A stretch of DNA of 64,000 bases. It comes from Candidatus Flemingiibacterium sp. GTDB taxonomy: Bacteria; Bacillota; Clostridia; Oscillospirales; CAG-272. The translations under genes and the position numbers were made by a program. This document shows, piece after piece, positions 55,318 to 64,000 of the stretch. The notes beneath the pieces were generated by a model, which did no database searches, was not told the DNA's origin, and saw only the letters and a list, made by a program, of their open reading frames with translations. Location: positions 11,101-75,100 of the forward strand of contig JAZTWV010000047.1 of the NCBI GenBank assembly GCA_045636145.1, in the 5' to 3' direction. How positions within the stretch are numbered: the stretch's first letter is position 1; every line of letters begins with the position of its first letter.

Positions 55318-56526
55318 ATGCAGTTGTACGAAGAACTTATTGAACGCGGTCTTATCGCGCAGGTGACAGACGAGGAGCATATCCGTGAGATGATAAACAA
55401 CGGTAAAGCTACCTTTTACATCGGCTTTGACTGTACTGCGGATTCACTTACAGCAGGTCACTTTATGGCGCTCACTCTTATGAAGCGTCTCCAGATGGCA
55501 GGCAACAAGCCTATCGCGCTTATCGGCGGTGGTACTACCATGATAGGAGACCCCTCCGGCAGAACCGATATGAGAAAGATGCTCACCAAGGAAGATATTG
55601 ACCACAATGCGGAATGCTTCAAGCGTCAGATGGAGAGATTTATCGAGTTTGGCGAGGGCAAGGCTATGATGGTAAACAATGCTGAGTGGCTTCTTAACCT
55701 CAACTATGTAGACCTGCTCCGTGAGGTTGGTGCTTGCTTCTCCGTTAATAATATGCTTAGAGCGGAGTGCTACAAGCAGAGAATGGAAAAGGGCCTTTCT
55801 TTCCTTGAATTCAACTACATGATAATGCAGTCCTACGACTTCTACTATATGTTCCAGAAATACGGCTGTAACATGGAATTCGGCGGAGACGACCAGTGGT
55901 CCAATATGCTTGGCGGTACTGAGCTTATCAGAAAGAAGCTTGGCAAGGATGCTTATGCTATGACCATTACCCTGCTTACCGACTCCAACGGCAAGAAGAT
56001 GGGTAAGACTGCCGGTAACGCAGTATGGCTCGATCCTAACAAGACCTCTCCTTTCGATTTCTTCCAGTATTGGCGCAACGTAGGAGATGCTGACGTTCTT
56101 AAATGTATCCGTATGCTTACATTCCTGCCTATGGAGCAGATCCGCGAGATGAACACATGGGAGGGCGCACAGCTTAACCGTGCCAAGGAAATACTCGCTT
56201 ATGAGCTTACAAATATGGTTCACGGCAAGGAAGAAGCCGACAAGGCACTTGAAGCGGCTCGTGCTGTATTCCAGGGCGGCGGTTCAAGCGAAAATATGCC
56301 CACCACCGAGGTTGAAGCTGTTGACACAAGCGTTGTGGATCTTCTTGTTGCAGGCAAGCTTGCTCCCTCAAAGGGTGAGGCTAAGCGCCTTATTCAGCAG
56401 GGCGGAATTTCCGTTGATGACGTTAAGGTGGAGCGCTTTGATGCGGTAGTTGAGGGCGCAAAGCTTAAGGACGGCGTTATCATAAAGAAGGGCAAGAAGG
56501 TATTCCATAAGTTTATAGCAAGATGA
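55318..56526 (+). CDS. tyrS: Tyrosine--tRNA ligase
   Basis: 402 aa. Class I HIGH-type region (DCTADSLTAGH), KMGKT (KMSKS-type), C-terminal S4 domain. Confidence 0.95.
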   Translation: MQLYEELIERGLIAQVTDEEHIREMINNGKATFYIGFDCTADSLTAGHFMALTLMKRLQMAGNKPIALIGGGTTMIGDPSGRTDMRKMLTKEDIDHNAECFKRQMERFIEFGEGKAMMVNNAEWLLNLNYVDLLREVGACFSVNNMLRAECYKQRMEKGLSFLEFNYMIMQSYDFYYMFQKYGCNMEFGGDDQWSNMLGGTELIRKKLGKDAYAMTITLLTDSNGKKMGKTAGNAVWLDPNKTSPFDFFQYWRNVGDADVLKCIRMLTFLPMEQIREMNTWEGAQLNRAKEILAYELTNMVHGKEEADKALEAARAVFQGGGSSENMPTTEVEAVDTSVVDLLVAGKLAPSKGEAKRLIQQGGISVDDVKVERFDAVVEGAKLKDGVIIKKGKKVFHKFIAR

Positions 56527-57218
56527 GTAGATACAAAACCCTGCTTTTTGATGCCGATATGACGCTCTTTGATTTCGATGCCGCAGAAAAGGCGGCTTTC
56601 GGTATAGTGATGGGTTCTTTTGGCATACAATATGATGAAGCGGGATTCGAACGGTATAAAAAAATAAATAAGGACCTTTGGGACGAATACGGGCGCGGTG
56701 AGATAACAAAAGGGTTTCTCCAAAGTGAGAGATTCAGCCGTTTTCTTGCCACGCTTGAGGCTGCATCGGATGCGGACGGCAGTACACTGAACAGTGCCTA
56801 TCTTGATGCCCTTGCGGATTCGTCGGAGCTTTTCGACGGAGCTATGGAGCTTTGCCGTGAGCTGTCCGCACAGTTTGAAATGTATATTGTGACAAACGGT
56901 GTATCGTACACACAGAAAAAACGCTTTTTCGCATCCCCCATACGGGAATATTTTAGAGATATTTTCGTTTCCGAGGATGCAGGTGCACCGAAGCCGCAAA
57001 AAGAGTATTTTGACTACGTTTTTTCGAAAATAGGCGAGGGAAAACGGAGCGGTGCCGTGATAATCGGCGATTCGCTTGCAAGTGACATCGCCGGTGGCAT
57101 CTGTGCCGGCATTGACACTGTATGGTACAATCCGAAAAGGCTTATAAACACCACAGATACTGTTCCAACTCATGAGGTGCACGATTACAGAGAGCTTTAC
57201 AACCTGCTTACCCGATAA
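56523..57218 (+). CDS. HAD-IA hydrolase (YjjG-like nucleotidase type)
   Basis: LLFDADMTLFDF motif I and GDSLASDIAGG motif III. ATGA overlap with tyrS. Confidence 0.7.
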   Translation: MSRYKTLLFDADMTLFDFDAAEKAAFGIVMGSFGIQYDEAGFERYKKINKDLWDEYGRGEITKGFLQSERFSRFLATLEAASDADGSTLNSAYLDALADSSELFDGAMELCRELSAQFEMYIVTNGVSYTQKKRFFASPIREYFRDIFVSEDAGAPKPQKEYFDYVFSKIGEGKRSGAVIIGDSLASDIAGGICAGIDTVWYNPKRLINTTDTVPTHEVHDYRELYNLLTR

Positions 57219-57237
57219 CAGCCATAAAGGAGACCGT

Positions 57238-58140
57238 ATGGATTATAAATCCTTGATTACAAGCCTTAAAAATCTTAAAATTGAATATAGCGAGAATGTG
57301 CCGCTTGCTCCTTATACCACGTTTCGTATAGGCGGAGCGGCGAGGCTGGCGGTGTTCCCGAAAAACTCCGACGAAGCGGTGTCTGTGTTTGAGTTGCTTG
57401 CGAACCGGACTCGCATACTCGTTCTTGGCAACGGCTCAAATGTTCTTGTATCAGATAACGGCTTTGACGGTGTGGCAGTAATTCTGTCGGGAATGAAAAA
57501 TATCCGCTTTGACGGAGACCGTATCACGGCAGATGCCGGTGTGTCGCTGACACACCTTGCCGCGGAAGCCGCCAAGATGTCGCTTTCCGGATTGGAGTTT
57601 GCCTACGGCATTCCCGGAACGGTGGGCGGTGGGATTTACATGAACGCAGGTGCATACGGCGGCGATATGTCGCAGGTGGTGGTGAAAAGCCGTTACTTTG
57701 ATCCATCAAGCGGCACTGTCGGTGAGCTTTGCGGCGAGGAGCATGAGTTTGCTTACCGTCACAGTGCTTATATGAATCGCGACTATGTGATACTGTCGGC
57801 AGAGCTTCAGCTTTCAAACGGGTGTAGGGAAGAAATATTCGAAAAGATGAACGACTATATGTCAAGACGCCGTGAAAAACAGCCTCTTGAATATCCAAGT
57901 GCCGGCAGTGTGTTCAAGCGTGGGGACGGATTCATTACCGCGCAGGTTATAGATATGGCAGGACTTAAGGGAAGAAGCGTTGGCGGAGCACAGGTGTCTT
58001 GTAAGCACGCGGGATTCATTATCAACCGCGGCGGTGCAACTGCCGCTGATGTGCTGGAGCTTATTGAAATCATAAAAGCAGAAATCAAAGAAAAATTCGG
58101 ATACGATATAGAATGCGAAGTCAGATATATAGGCGGCTGA
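57238..58140 (+). CDS. murB: UDP-N-acetylenolpyruvoylglucosamine reductase
   Basis: Start at ATG 57238 after AAAGGAG. PLAPYTTFRIGGAARL, GNGSNVLV and AGSVFKR motifs. Confidence 0.9.
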   Translation: MDYKSLITSLKNLKIEYSENVPLAPYTTFRIGGAARLAVFPKNSDEAVSVFELLANRTRILVLGNGSNVLVSDNGFDGVAVILSGMKNIRFDGDRITADAGVSLTHLAAEAAKMSLSGLEFAYGIPGTVGGGIYMNAGAYGGDMSQVVVKSRYFDPSSGTVGELCGEEHEFAYRHSAYMNRDYVILSAELQLSNGCREEIFEKMNDYMSRRREKQPLEYPSAGSVFKRGDGFITAQVIDMAGLKGRSVGGAQVSCKHAGFIINRGGATAADVLELIEIIKAEIKEKFGYDIECEVRYIGG

Positions 58141-58146
58141 CGCCAT

Positions 58147-59019
58147 GTGGGTGATAAAACGGTGGAAATTTTAATTATAACAGGTATGTCCGGTGCCGGA
58201 AAATCCCAAGCGGCAAATACACTTGAGGACCTTGGCTGGTACTGTATTGACAATATGCCTGCAAGGCTTATTGTCAAGTTTGCGGAGCTTTACCGCGCCG
58301 CATCGGAAAAAATTGAAAAAGTAGCGTTTGTTATGGATATCCGCGGCGAGGCGGAGTTTGAGACTTTGTTTTCGGAGCTTGATGCGCTGAAGGGACAGGG
58401 GGTCAATTGCCGTACTGTATTTCTCGACTGCTCGGATGAAGTAATAATAAGCCGCTATAAATTTACACGCCGCACCCATCCTCTTGTTACGGCGAAAAAC
58501 ATCAGCATTTCGGATGCACTTAAAGCCGAGCGCGACATACTGTCTGTTGCCGCGATGCGTGCCGATTACACGATTGATACCACCAAGCTTACTCCGGCGC
58601 AGTTAAAGGATAAAATCTGCGGTGTGGTAAGTGCGGCAGTAAGAAACGGTATACTTGTAACCTGTATGTCATTCGGATTCAAGCACGGTGCCGCAAACGA
58701 AGCGGATCTTGTGTTTGATGTGAGATGCTTCCCGAATCCCTATTATTACGATGAGCTTAAGGAGCATACCGGTCTTGAAGCCTGCGTGAGAGATTTTGTG
58801 TTCTCACACGAGGAGACTGTGACGTTCACAAGCAAGCTTTACGACATGGTGGACTACCTGCTTCCTTTGTATTCAAAAGAGGGCAAGGCACAGCTTATTA
58901 TCGGTATTGGCTGTACAGGCGGAAAGCACCGCTCGGTAGCTATCACAGAGGCACTTTCCGCACATATCAAAAATAGTGGCTACAATACGGTGACTATCCA
59001 CCGTGATATTACTAAATGA
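58147..59019 (+). CDS. rapZ: RNase adapter protein RapZ (YvcJ)
   Basis: ILIITGMSGAGKSQAANTLEDLGWYCIDNMP and ...IGCTGGKHRSV. The start may be the GTG at 58162. Confidence 0.9.
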   Translation: MGDKTVEILIITGMSGAGKSQAANTLEDLGWYCIDNMPARLIVKFAELYRAASEKIEKVAFVMDIRGEAEFETLFSELDALKGQGVNCRTVFLDCSDEVIISRYKFTRRTHPLVTAKNISISDALKAERDILSVAAMRADYTIDTTKLTPAQLKDKICGVVSAAVRNGILVTCMSFGFKHGAANEADLVFDVRCFPNPYYYDELKEHTGLEACVRDFVFSHEETVTFTSKLYDMVDYLLPLYSKEGKAQLIIGIGCTGGKHRSVAITEALSAHIKNSGYNTVTIHRDITK

Positions 59020-59051
59020 TCTGTCGGGACTACCCGATACTGTGGGAGAAA

Positions 59052-59084
59052 GTCTGAAAAATAAATTTTTCAGACAGTGTTTTG
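59052..59084 (+). terminator. AT-rich perfect hairpin after rapZ (possible weak terminator)
   Basis: GTCTGAAAAAT-aa-ATTTTTCAGAC, followed by AGTGTTTTG. Confidence 0.35.
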
Positions 59085-59160
59085 TGGCTTACATCGCCGT
59101 TCCGGCAATGTTTTGCTTCGCAAATCAGCCCCGAACTCCATGCGATGCTTTGCATCGCTT

Positions 59161-59197
59161 TGAAAGGAAACTTTCGCTACGCGAAAGCTATGGTTAT
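59161..59197 (+). promoter_or_regulatory. SD-hairpin leader motif, copy 2 (upstream of whiA)
   Basis: TGAAAGGAAACTTTCGCTACGCGAAAGCTATGGTTAT, 33/37 identical to 47101-47137, ending 3 nt before the whiA ATG. Confidence 0.6.
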
Positions 59198-59200
59198 AAA

Positions 59201-60115
59201 ATGTCATTTGCACAGGAAACCAAGGTCAGCCTTATCGCACATTCCGAGAGTGTGAAGCACGAGTGCTGCCGAAAGGCTGAGCTTTACGGTATACTGTACA
59301 CCGCAGGAATATTTTCCCGTGACCGTCTGAAGCTTGTTACCTCCTGCGAGGAGCTTGCGGAGCTTACGGTGAAAAAACTGCGGGATCAGTACCGTATTGA
59401 GGGTAATTTATATATAACGGAAAAAAAGAGCGGGGATGCGGATGAGCGCAGAAGCTGTAAAATAACCGTCCCCCAGAAAAAAGAGCTTTCAAGACTGTTT
59501 CACGGTCTTAAATATACAGAGGACGAGCCTGAACAGAATCTTAAAGAGGAGATGCTTAGGTGCGGTAACTGTCGGGCGGCGTTTTTGAGAGGCGTATTCT
59601 TATCCTCGGGTACGGTTACAGACCCGGGTAAGAGCTATCATCTGGAGCTTGACTTTACCTGTTCGCAAACAGCGGATAATATTCATAGCCTGCTTTCAGA
59701 GTGTGGTCTTGAACCAAAGCACACCTCCCGTAAGACTGAGCACGTGCTCTACTACAAGGACAGCGAGAGTATTGAAAGCTTTCTCGCGTTTATAGGAGCT
59801 ACGGGTGCCGCATTTACCATAATGAACAAGAAGATTGAGCGTGAGCTTCGAAGTGATGCCAACCGTCTTGCAAACAGTGAGCTTGCCAATATCGGCAAGA
59901 CTATTGCGGCGGCAGGGGATCAGCTTGCGGCTATAAATACGCTTAAGGCGGCAGGCGCACTGGAGCTCATGCCGGACGAGCTTAGGATAACCGCTTATCT
60001 GCGGCTGGAAAATGCGGATGCAACGCTGGCACAGCTTGCGGCACTGCATGATCCGCCCATAACCAAATCGGGTGTAAATCACCGTCTTAAGAGAATAATG
60101 GCATGGAAGCCGTGA
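59201..60115 (+). CDS. whiA: DNA-binding protein WhiA
   Basis: Start MSFAQETKVSLIAH...ECCRKAELYGIL matches the canonical WhiA N-terminus. LAGLIDADG-like core and a C-terminal HTH (KSGVNHRLKRI). The ORF-track extension back to 59003 is rejected. Confidence 0.9.
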   Translation: MSFAQETKVSLIAHSESVKHECCRKAELYGILYTAGIFSRDRLKLVTSCEELAELTVKKLRDQYRIEGNLYITEKKSGDADERRSCKITVPQKKELSRLFHGLKYTEDEPEQNLKEEMLRCGNCRAAFLRGVFLSSGTVTDPGKSYHLELDFTCSQTADNIHSLLSECGLEPKHTSRKTEHVLYYKDSESIESFLAFIGATGAAFTIMNKKIERELRSDANRLANSELANIGKTIAAAGDQLAAINTLKAAGALELMPDELRITAYLRLENADATLAQLAALHDPPITKSGVNHRLKRIMAWKP

Positions 60116-60153
60116 TGCGGCTTTTTGCCTTTTCAAAATAAAGGAAGAAGTAT

Positions 60154-63100
60154 ATGTCGGATTTTGTTCACCTCCATTTGCACAGTGAATATAGCCTGCT
60201 TGACGGAGCTTGCCGTATTGATGAAATACCAAGGCGCGCCAAGGAATGCGGTCACAGTGCCGCGGCTATTACCGACCACGGCGTTATGTACGGCGCTGTG
60301 GCGTTTTACAACGCCTGCAAAAAAGAGGGTATCAAGCCCATAATCGGATGCGAGGTGTATCTTGCCCGCCGCACGCGCTTTGACCGCGACCACGGTGAGG
60401 ACAGCGGGAGCTATCACCTTGTGCTTCTTTGCAAAAATGAAGTAGGCTACAAAAATCTCATTTCCATGGTCACAAGTGCCTTTGTGGAAGGCTTTTATTC
60501 AAAGCCGCGCATCGATATGGAACTCCTTCGCACACACTGTGAGGGTCTTATAGCGCTGTCAGCGTGTCTTGCAGGATATATTCCCCGTGCAATTGCCGAG
60601 GGCAATTATGAGGCGGCGGCAGAGCACGCAAGAGAAATGAAATCGCTTTTCGGGGAAGATTATTACCTTGAATTGCAGGATCACGGTCTTGCAGAGCAAA
60701 AGGCAGTAAACCGCGCTATAGTAAAGCTGTCTCACGAGCTTTCCATTCCCCTTGTGGCGACAAACGATGCCCACTATCTGCGCCGTGAGGATGCGGACAG
60801 TCAGGCAATACTTATGTGCATCCAGACGAACAATGTTATTACCGACGGACGCCCTATCGGCTTTGAAACGGACGAGTTTTACTATAAAACTACCCAGGAA
60901 ATGGAAGAGCTGTTCGGATATCTTGACAGCGAGGCACTTGGCAGTCCCATTGAAAATACCGCTAAAGTAGCGGATAAATGTAACTTCGACTTCGATTTTT
61001 CGAATATATATCTTCCGGCATTTACTCCGCCGGATGGAACTACATCTGATATATACCTAAGACAGCTTGCAAAGGACGGTCTCGAACGGCGCGTATCCGC
61101 CGGGCGTATAGTATACACGGACAAGCATCCTGAGAGTGAGTATCTTGAGCGGATCGAGTACGAGCTTGATGTGATAATACGCATGGGATATGCGGACTAT
61201 TTCTTAATAGTACAGGATTTTGTGGGATACGCCAAGAAAAACGGAATACCCGTAGGGCCGGGACGCGGCTCAGGTGCAGGAAGCCTTGTGGCGTTCCTTC
61301 TGGGAATCACCGACCTTGATCCCCTTCATTTTGAGCTTCTGTTTGAACGCTTTCTTAATCCCGAGCGTGTAAGCATGCCCGATTTCGATATTGATTTCTG
61401 CTACAACAGACGCGACGAGGTAATCGAATACGTCCGCCGTCGATATGGAAACGACCATGTGGCACAGATCATCACATTCGGTACTATGGCGGCTCGCGCG
61501 GTGGTGCGCGATGTGGGACGTGCGCTTGGAATGTCCTACGCTGACACAGATGCGGTTGCCAAAAATATTCCTCACGCTATGGATATGACCCTTGACGGTG
61601 CGCTTTCGGCAAGCAGGGAGCTTCGTGAGATGTACGAGGACTCCCCACAGGTAAAGCGACTTATAGATACCGCACGTGCCCTTGAGGGAATGCCGAGACA
61701 TTCTTCAACCCATGCGGCAGGTGTGGTTATCACCGACCGACCTGTCAGTGAATATGTTCCCCTTTCACTTAACGGCGATATTCCCGTAACACAGTTTGAC
61801 ATGGATACCGTGGCAAAGCTGGGACTTCTGAAATTTGATTTCCTTGCCCTTCGGTATCTTACCATAATATCCGATACCGAGAAGCAGATACGGGAGAGAG
61901 TGCCCGATTTTGATATTGAATCGGTGCCGCTTGACGATAAAAAGGCGTATGATCTCATATCCTCGGGAAATACCGACGGTATATTTCAGCTTGAATCCGG
62001 CGGTATGCGTCAAATGCTGACACAGCTTCGCCCCGACTGTATTGAGGATATTATCGCCGCAATCTCCCTTTACCGTCCCGGACCTATGGATTCTATACCG
62101 AAGTATATAGAAAACCGAAAAAACAGGGATAAGATAACCTACAAGACACCTTTGCTTGCTCCGATCCTTGATGTGACATACGGATGCATGGTTTATCAGG
62201 AACAGGTAATGCAGGTTTGCCGAAGCGTGGCAGGCTATTCTTACGGACGTGCGGATCTTGTGCGCCGCATGATGGCTAAGAAAAAAGCAGAGGAAATGGA
62301 AAAGGAACGTGCGGTGTTCGTTGAGGGTGCCGCCAAAAACGGTATTCCGTCACAAGATGCAAACGAGCTTTTTGACGAGATGTCGGGATTTGCTTCTTAT
62401 GCGTTCAACAAGAGCCATGCGGCGGCATATGCCATAATTTCCTACCGCACCGCATATCTTAAGAGCCATTATCCCTGCGAGTACCTTGCGGCTCTTATGA
62501 CATCGGTTATGGGAAATGCCGCAAAGACGGCGGAATATGTTGCGGAGTGCACGAGATACGGAATACGTATTCTTCCGCCGGATATAAATGAGTCCACCGC
62601 AGATTTCCGTGCCATAGTTAACGGAAAAGAGCGTTATATACGTTTTGGACTCTTAGCACTGAAAAATCTGGGAGTGGGCTTTATTGAGCGAATCGTTTCG
62701 GAGCGGCGCGGAAGTCCCTTTGCATCCTTTGAAGATTTTGTAGAGCGTATGTATGCAAAGGATATGAACAAGCGTCAGGCAGAGGCACTTATAAAGAGCG
62801 GCTCGTTTGACGGACTCGGCATATACAGAAGCCGTCTTCTTTTGTCATATGAGCGCATTATAGACCATTATCAGGAGCGCACCCGTGCCAATGTGGCAGG
62901 TCAGCTTGATATGTTTTCCATGGGGCTTTCTGAGGATAATGTGAAAAAAGATAGCTTTGTTTATCCCGATATTGAAGATCTGTCGCTAAGAGAAAAGCTG
63001 AAGCTTGAAAAAGAATGCTCCGGAATATATTTTTCGGGACATATGATCGAAGATTACTCACGCCATGTAGAAATGATATCTCCAACACCCATAAACGAGA

Positions 63101-63870
63101 TAATCGCCTCGTTTTCGGAGGATGAGGAGCGTGAGGCTTCATTTTCCGACAAACAGACGGTTACTCTTTGCGGTATTATAACCAGACGTCAGACAAAAAT
63201 GACCAAAAACGGTGCTCAGATGGCATTTATAAGCTTGGAGGATCGCTTCGGTGAGCTTGAAGTCATCGTATTTCCGAAAACCTTTGAGGCGGTGTCTCAT
63301 TTGCTTACAAATGAAGCGGCGGTCTGTGTTGTGGGACAGCTTTCTCTTCGCGACGATGAAGACCCAAAGGTGCTTGCCCAGAATGTGTTCAGACTTGACG
63401 ATAACGCCCATTTCAATGAATCTTCTAAGTCTCCCGGAACAGGTCATTCGAGAGTACAGCCGCCGAGGGAAACTGTGCGGCAGCCTGTGCCCGAGACACC
63501 TGCTAAAGCTGATATCGGTAAGCTTGACGGCATGAAATTTTATCATGTGAGCGGTGTTTCTGCACCGCCGGCGGCAGTGCCCATGTACGCACCTCCCACG
63601 GGGCGCACGGCACAGAGTGAATCGGTAAAAGTGCCGCAGCAGCCGAGCAAGGTATATCTGAGAGTTGAGCACACCGATGAGCGCGACAGGCTGTTTAAAA
63701 AAGCGGAGAATCTTGTTTATATCTTCTGCGACGGCACGGCAGAGGTGATTTTTTACGACAAGTCCACGTCAGAGTACAAGCGTCTTTCCGGAATAAAGCT
63801 TGCGGCATCTCCGTTTGTCCTTGCGGAGCTGAAAGCACTTCTCGGAGATGACAATGTGGTCATAAAATAA
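60154..63870 (+). CDS. dnaE: DNA polymerase III alpha subunit (DnaE type)
   Basis: 1238 aa. PHP domain start FVHLHLHSEYSLLDGA, and palm/fingers motifs (GPGRGSGAGSLVAF, MPDFDIDF). Confidence 0.95.
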   Translation: MSDFVHLHLHSEYSLLDGACRIDEIPRRAKECGHSAAAITDHGVMYGAVAFYNACKKEGIKPIIGCEVYLARRTRFDRDHGEDSGSYHLVLLCKNEVGYKNLISMVTSAFVEGFYSKPRIDMELLRTHCEGLIALSACLAGYIPRAIAEGNYEAAAEHAREMKSLFGEDYYLELQDHGLAEQKAVNRAIVKLSHELSIPLVATNDAHYLRREDADSQAILMCIQTNNVITDGRPIGFETDEFYYKTTQEMEELFGYLDSEALGSPIENTAKVADKCNFDFDFSNIYLPAFTPPDGTTSDIYLRQLAKDGLERRVSAGRIVYTDKHPESEYLERIEYELDVIIRMGYADYFLIVQDFVGYAKKNGIPVGPGRGSGAGSLVAFLLGITDLDPLHFELLFERFLNPERVSMPDFDIDFCYNRRDEVIEYVRRRYGNDHVAQIITFGTMAARAVVRDVGRALGMSYADTDAVAKNIPHAMDMTLDGALSASRELREMYEDSPQVKRLIDTARALEGMPRHSSTHAAGVVITDRPVSEYVPLSLNGDIPVTQFDMDTVAKLGLLKFDFLALRYLTIISDTEKQIRERVPDFDIESVPLDDKKAYDLISSGNTDGIFQLESGGMRQMLTQLRPDCIEDIIAAISLYRPGPMDSIPKYIENRKNRDKITYKTPLLAPILDVTYGCMVYQEQVMQVCRSVAGYSYGRADLVRRMMAKKKAEEMEKERAVFVEGAAKNGIPSQDANELFDEMSGFASYAFNKSHAAAYAIISYRTAYLKSHYPCEYLAALMTSVMGNAAKTAEYVAECTRYGIRILPPDINESTADFRAIVNGKERYIRFGLLALKNLGVGFIERIVSERRGSPFASFEDFVERMYAKDMNKRQAEALIKSGSFDGLGIYRSRLLLSYERIIDHYQERTRANVAGQLDMFSMGLSEDNVKKDSFVYPDIEDLSLREKLKLEKECSGIYFSGHMIEDYSRHVEMISPTPINEIIASFSEDEEREASFSDKQTVTLCGIITRRQTKMTKNGAQMAFISLEDRFGELEVIVFPKTFEAVSHLLTNEAAVCVVGQLSLRDDEDPKVLAQNVFRLDDNAHFNESSKSPGTGHSRVQPPRETVRQPVPETPAKADIGKLDGMKFYHVSGVSAPPAAVPMYAPPTGRTAQSESVKVPQQPSKVYLRVEHTDERDRLFKKAENLVYIFCDGTAEVIFYDKSTSEYKRLSGIKLAASPFVLAELKALLGDDNVVIK

Positions 63871-63884
63871 GGGGGATTTCTGAA

Positions 63885-64000
63885 ATGTTCAAAAGAAACA
63901 GGGAAAAGAAGCCGAAGCTTACCTATGGAAAAATTTGCGGCATATCCAAAATAGCATCTCCGATACTTAAAGGGCTTTATTATGCGGCTATTGTTGCCGC
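63885..64000 (+). CDS. Start of an unidentified gene (runs off the right edge)
   Basis: ATG at 63885, 8 nt after AGGGGGA: MFKRNREKKPKLTYGKICGISKIASPILKGLYYAAIVA... Too short to classify. Confidence 0.3.
   Translation, partial: MFKRNREKKPKLTYGKICGISKIASPILKGLYYAAIVA

Noticed and set aside
59003-59200. The 370-aa version of whiA, starting inside rapZ.
   Set aside because: The canonical WhiA N-terminus (MSF...ETK..L) starts at 59201. The upstream part would be translated through three hairpins and has no homology.
63406-63661. A Pro/Ser/Ala-rich low-complexity segment near the DnaE C-terminus, followed by an approx. 70-aa tail.
   Set aside because: It is in frame and flanked by normal DnaE sequence. 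It is most simply a flexible linker, and I have no evidence for an intein, insertion element or frameshift.

Overview
This is a 64-kb chromosomal segment of a Gram-positive anaerobe. Gene content points to Clostridia: rnfCDGEAB, anaerobic nrdDG, spoIVB, an SLH-domain surface protein, CIRCE-controlled groESL and rapZ/whiA. GC is roughly 50% by eye. I support about 60 protein genes and saw no rRNA, tRNA, CRISPR array, transposase or phage genes. Most of the window is housekeeping: rnhB/rbgA/lepB, tadA, cysK, Rnf, lrgAB, nrdDG, carAB, groESL, and a long plus-strand block running nusB-xseAB-ispA-tlyA-nadK-argR-recN-tyrS-murB-rapZ-whiA-dnaE. Five things stand out. (1) The position after spoIVB, where spo0A normally sits, holds three paralogous proteins that are only the Spo0A C-terminal DNA-binding domain, with no receiver domain. 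Their two transcription units share an identical tandem Spo0A-box operator and the same promoter geometry, and a related operator lies upstream of a membrane protein/SGNH hydrolase/lipoprotein operon 38 kb away. (2) carB runs in frame into a complete dapF, giving a 1355-aa CarB-DapF fusion ORF. (3) A REP/BIME-like family of GTAG-headed 25-nt hairpin units occurs as inverted doublets in three convergent intergenic regions, with compensatory stem changes. (4) A 37-nt SD-plus-hairpin motif (33/37 identical) lies directly upstream of both nusB and whiA, which otherwise lack a Shine-Dalgarno. (5) An unannotated 58-aa 2x[4Fe-4S] ferredoxin follows a B12-binding radical SAM gene. Family calls come from motif recognition only, since no database search was possible. 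Small-motif coordinates were counted by hand and may be off by 1-2 nt.
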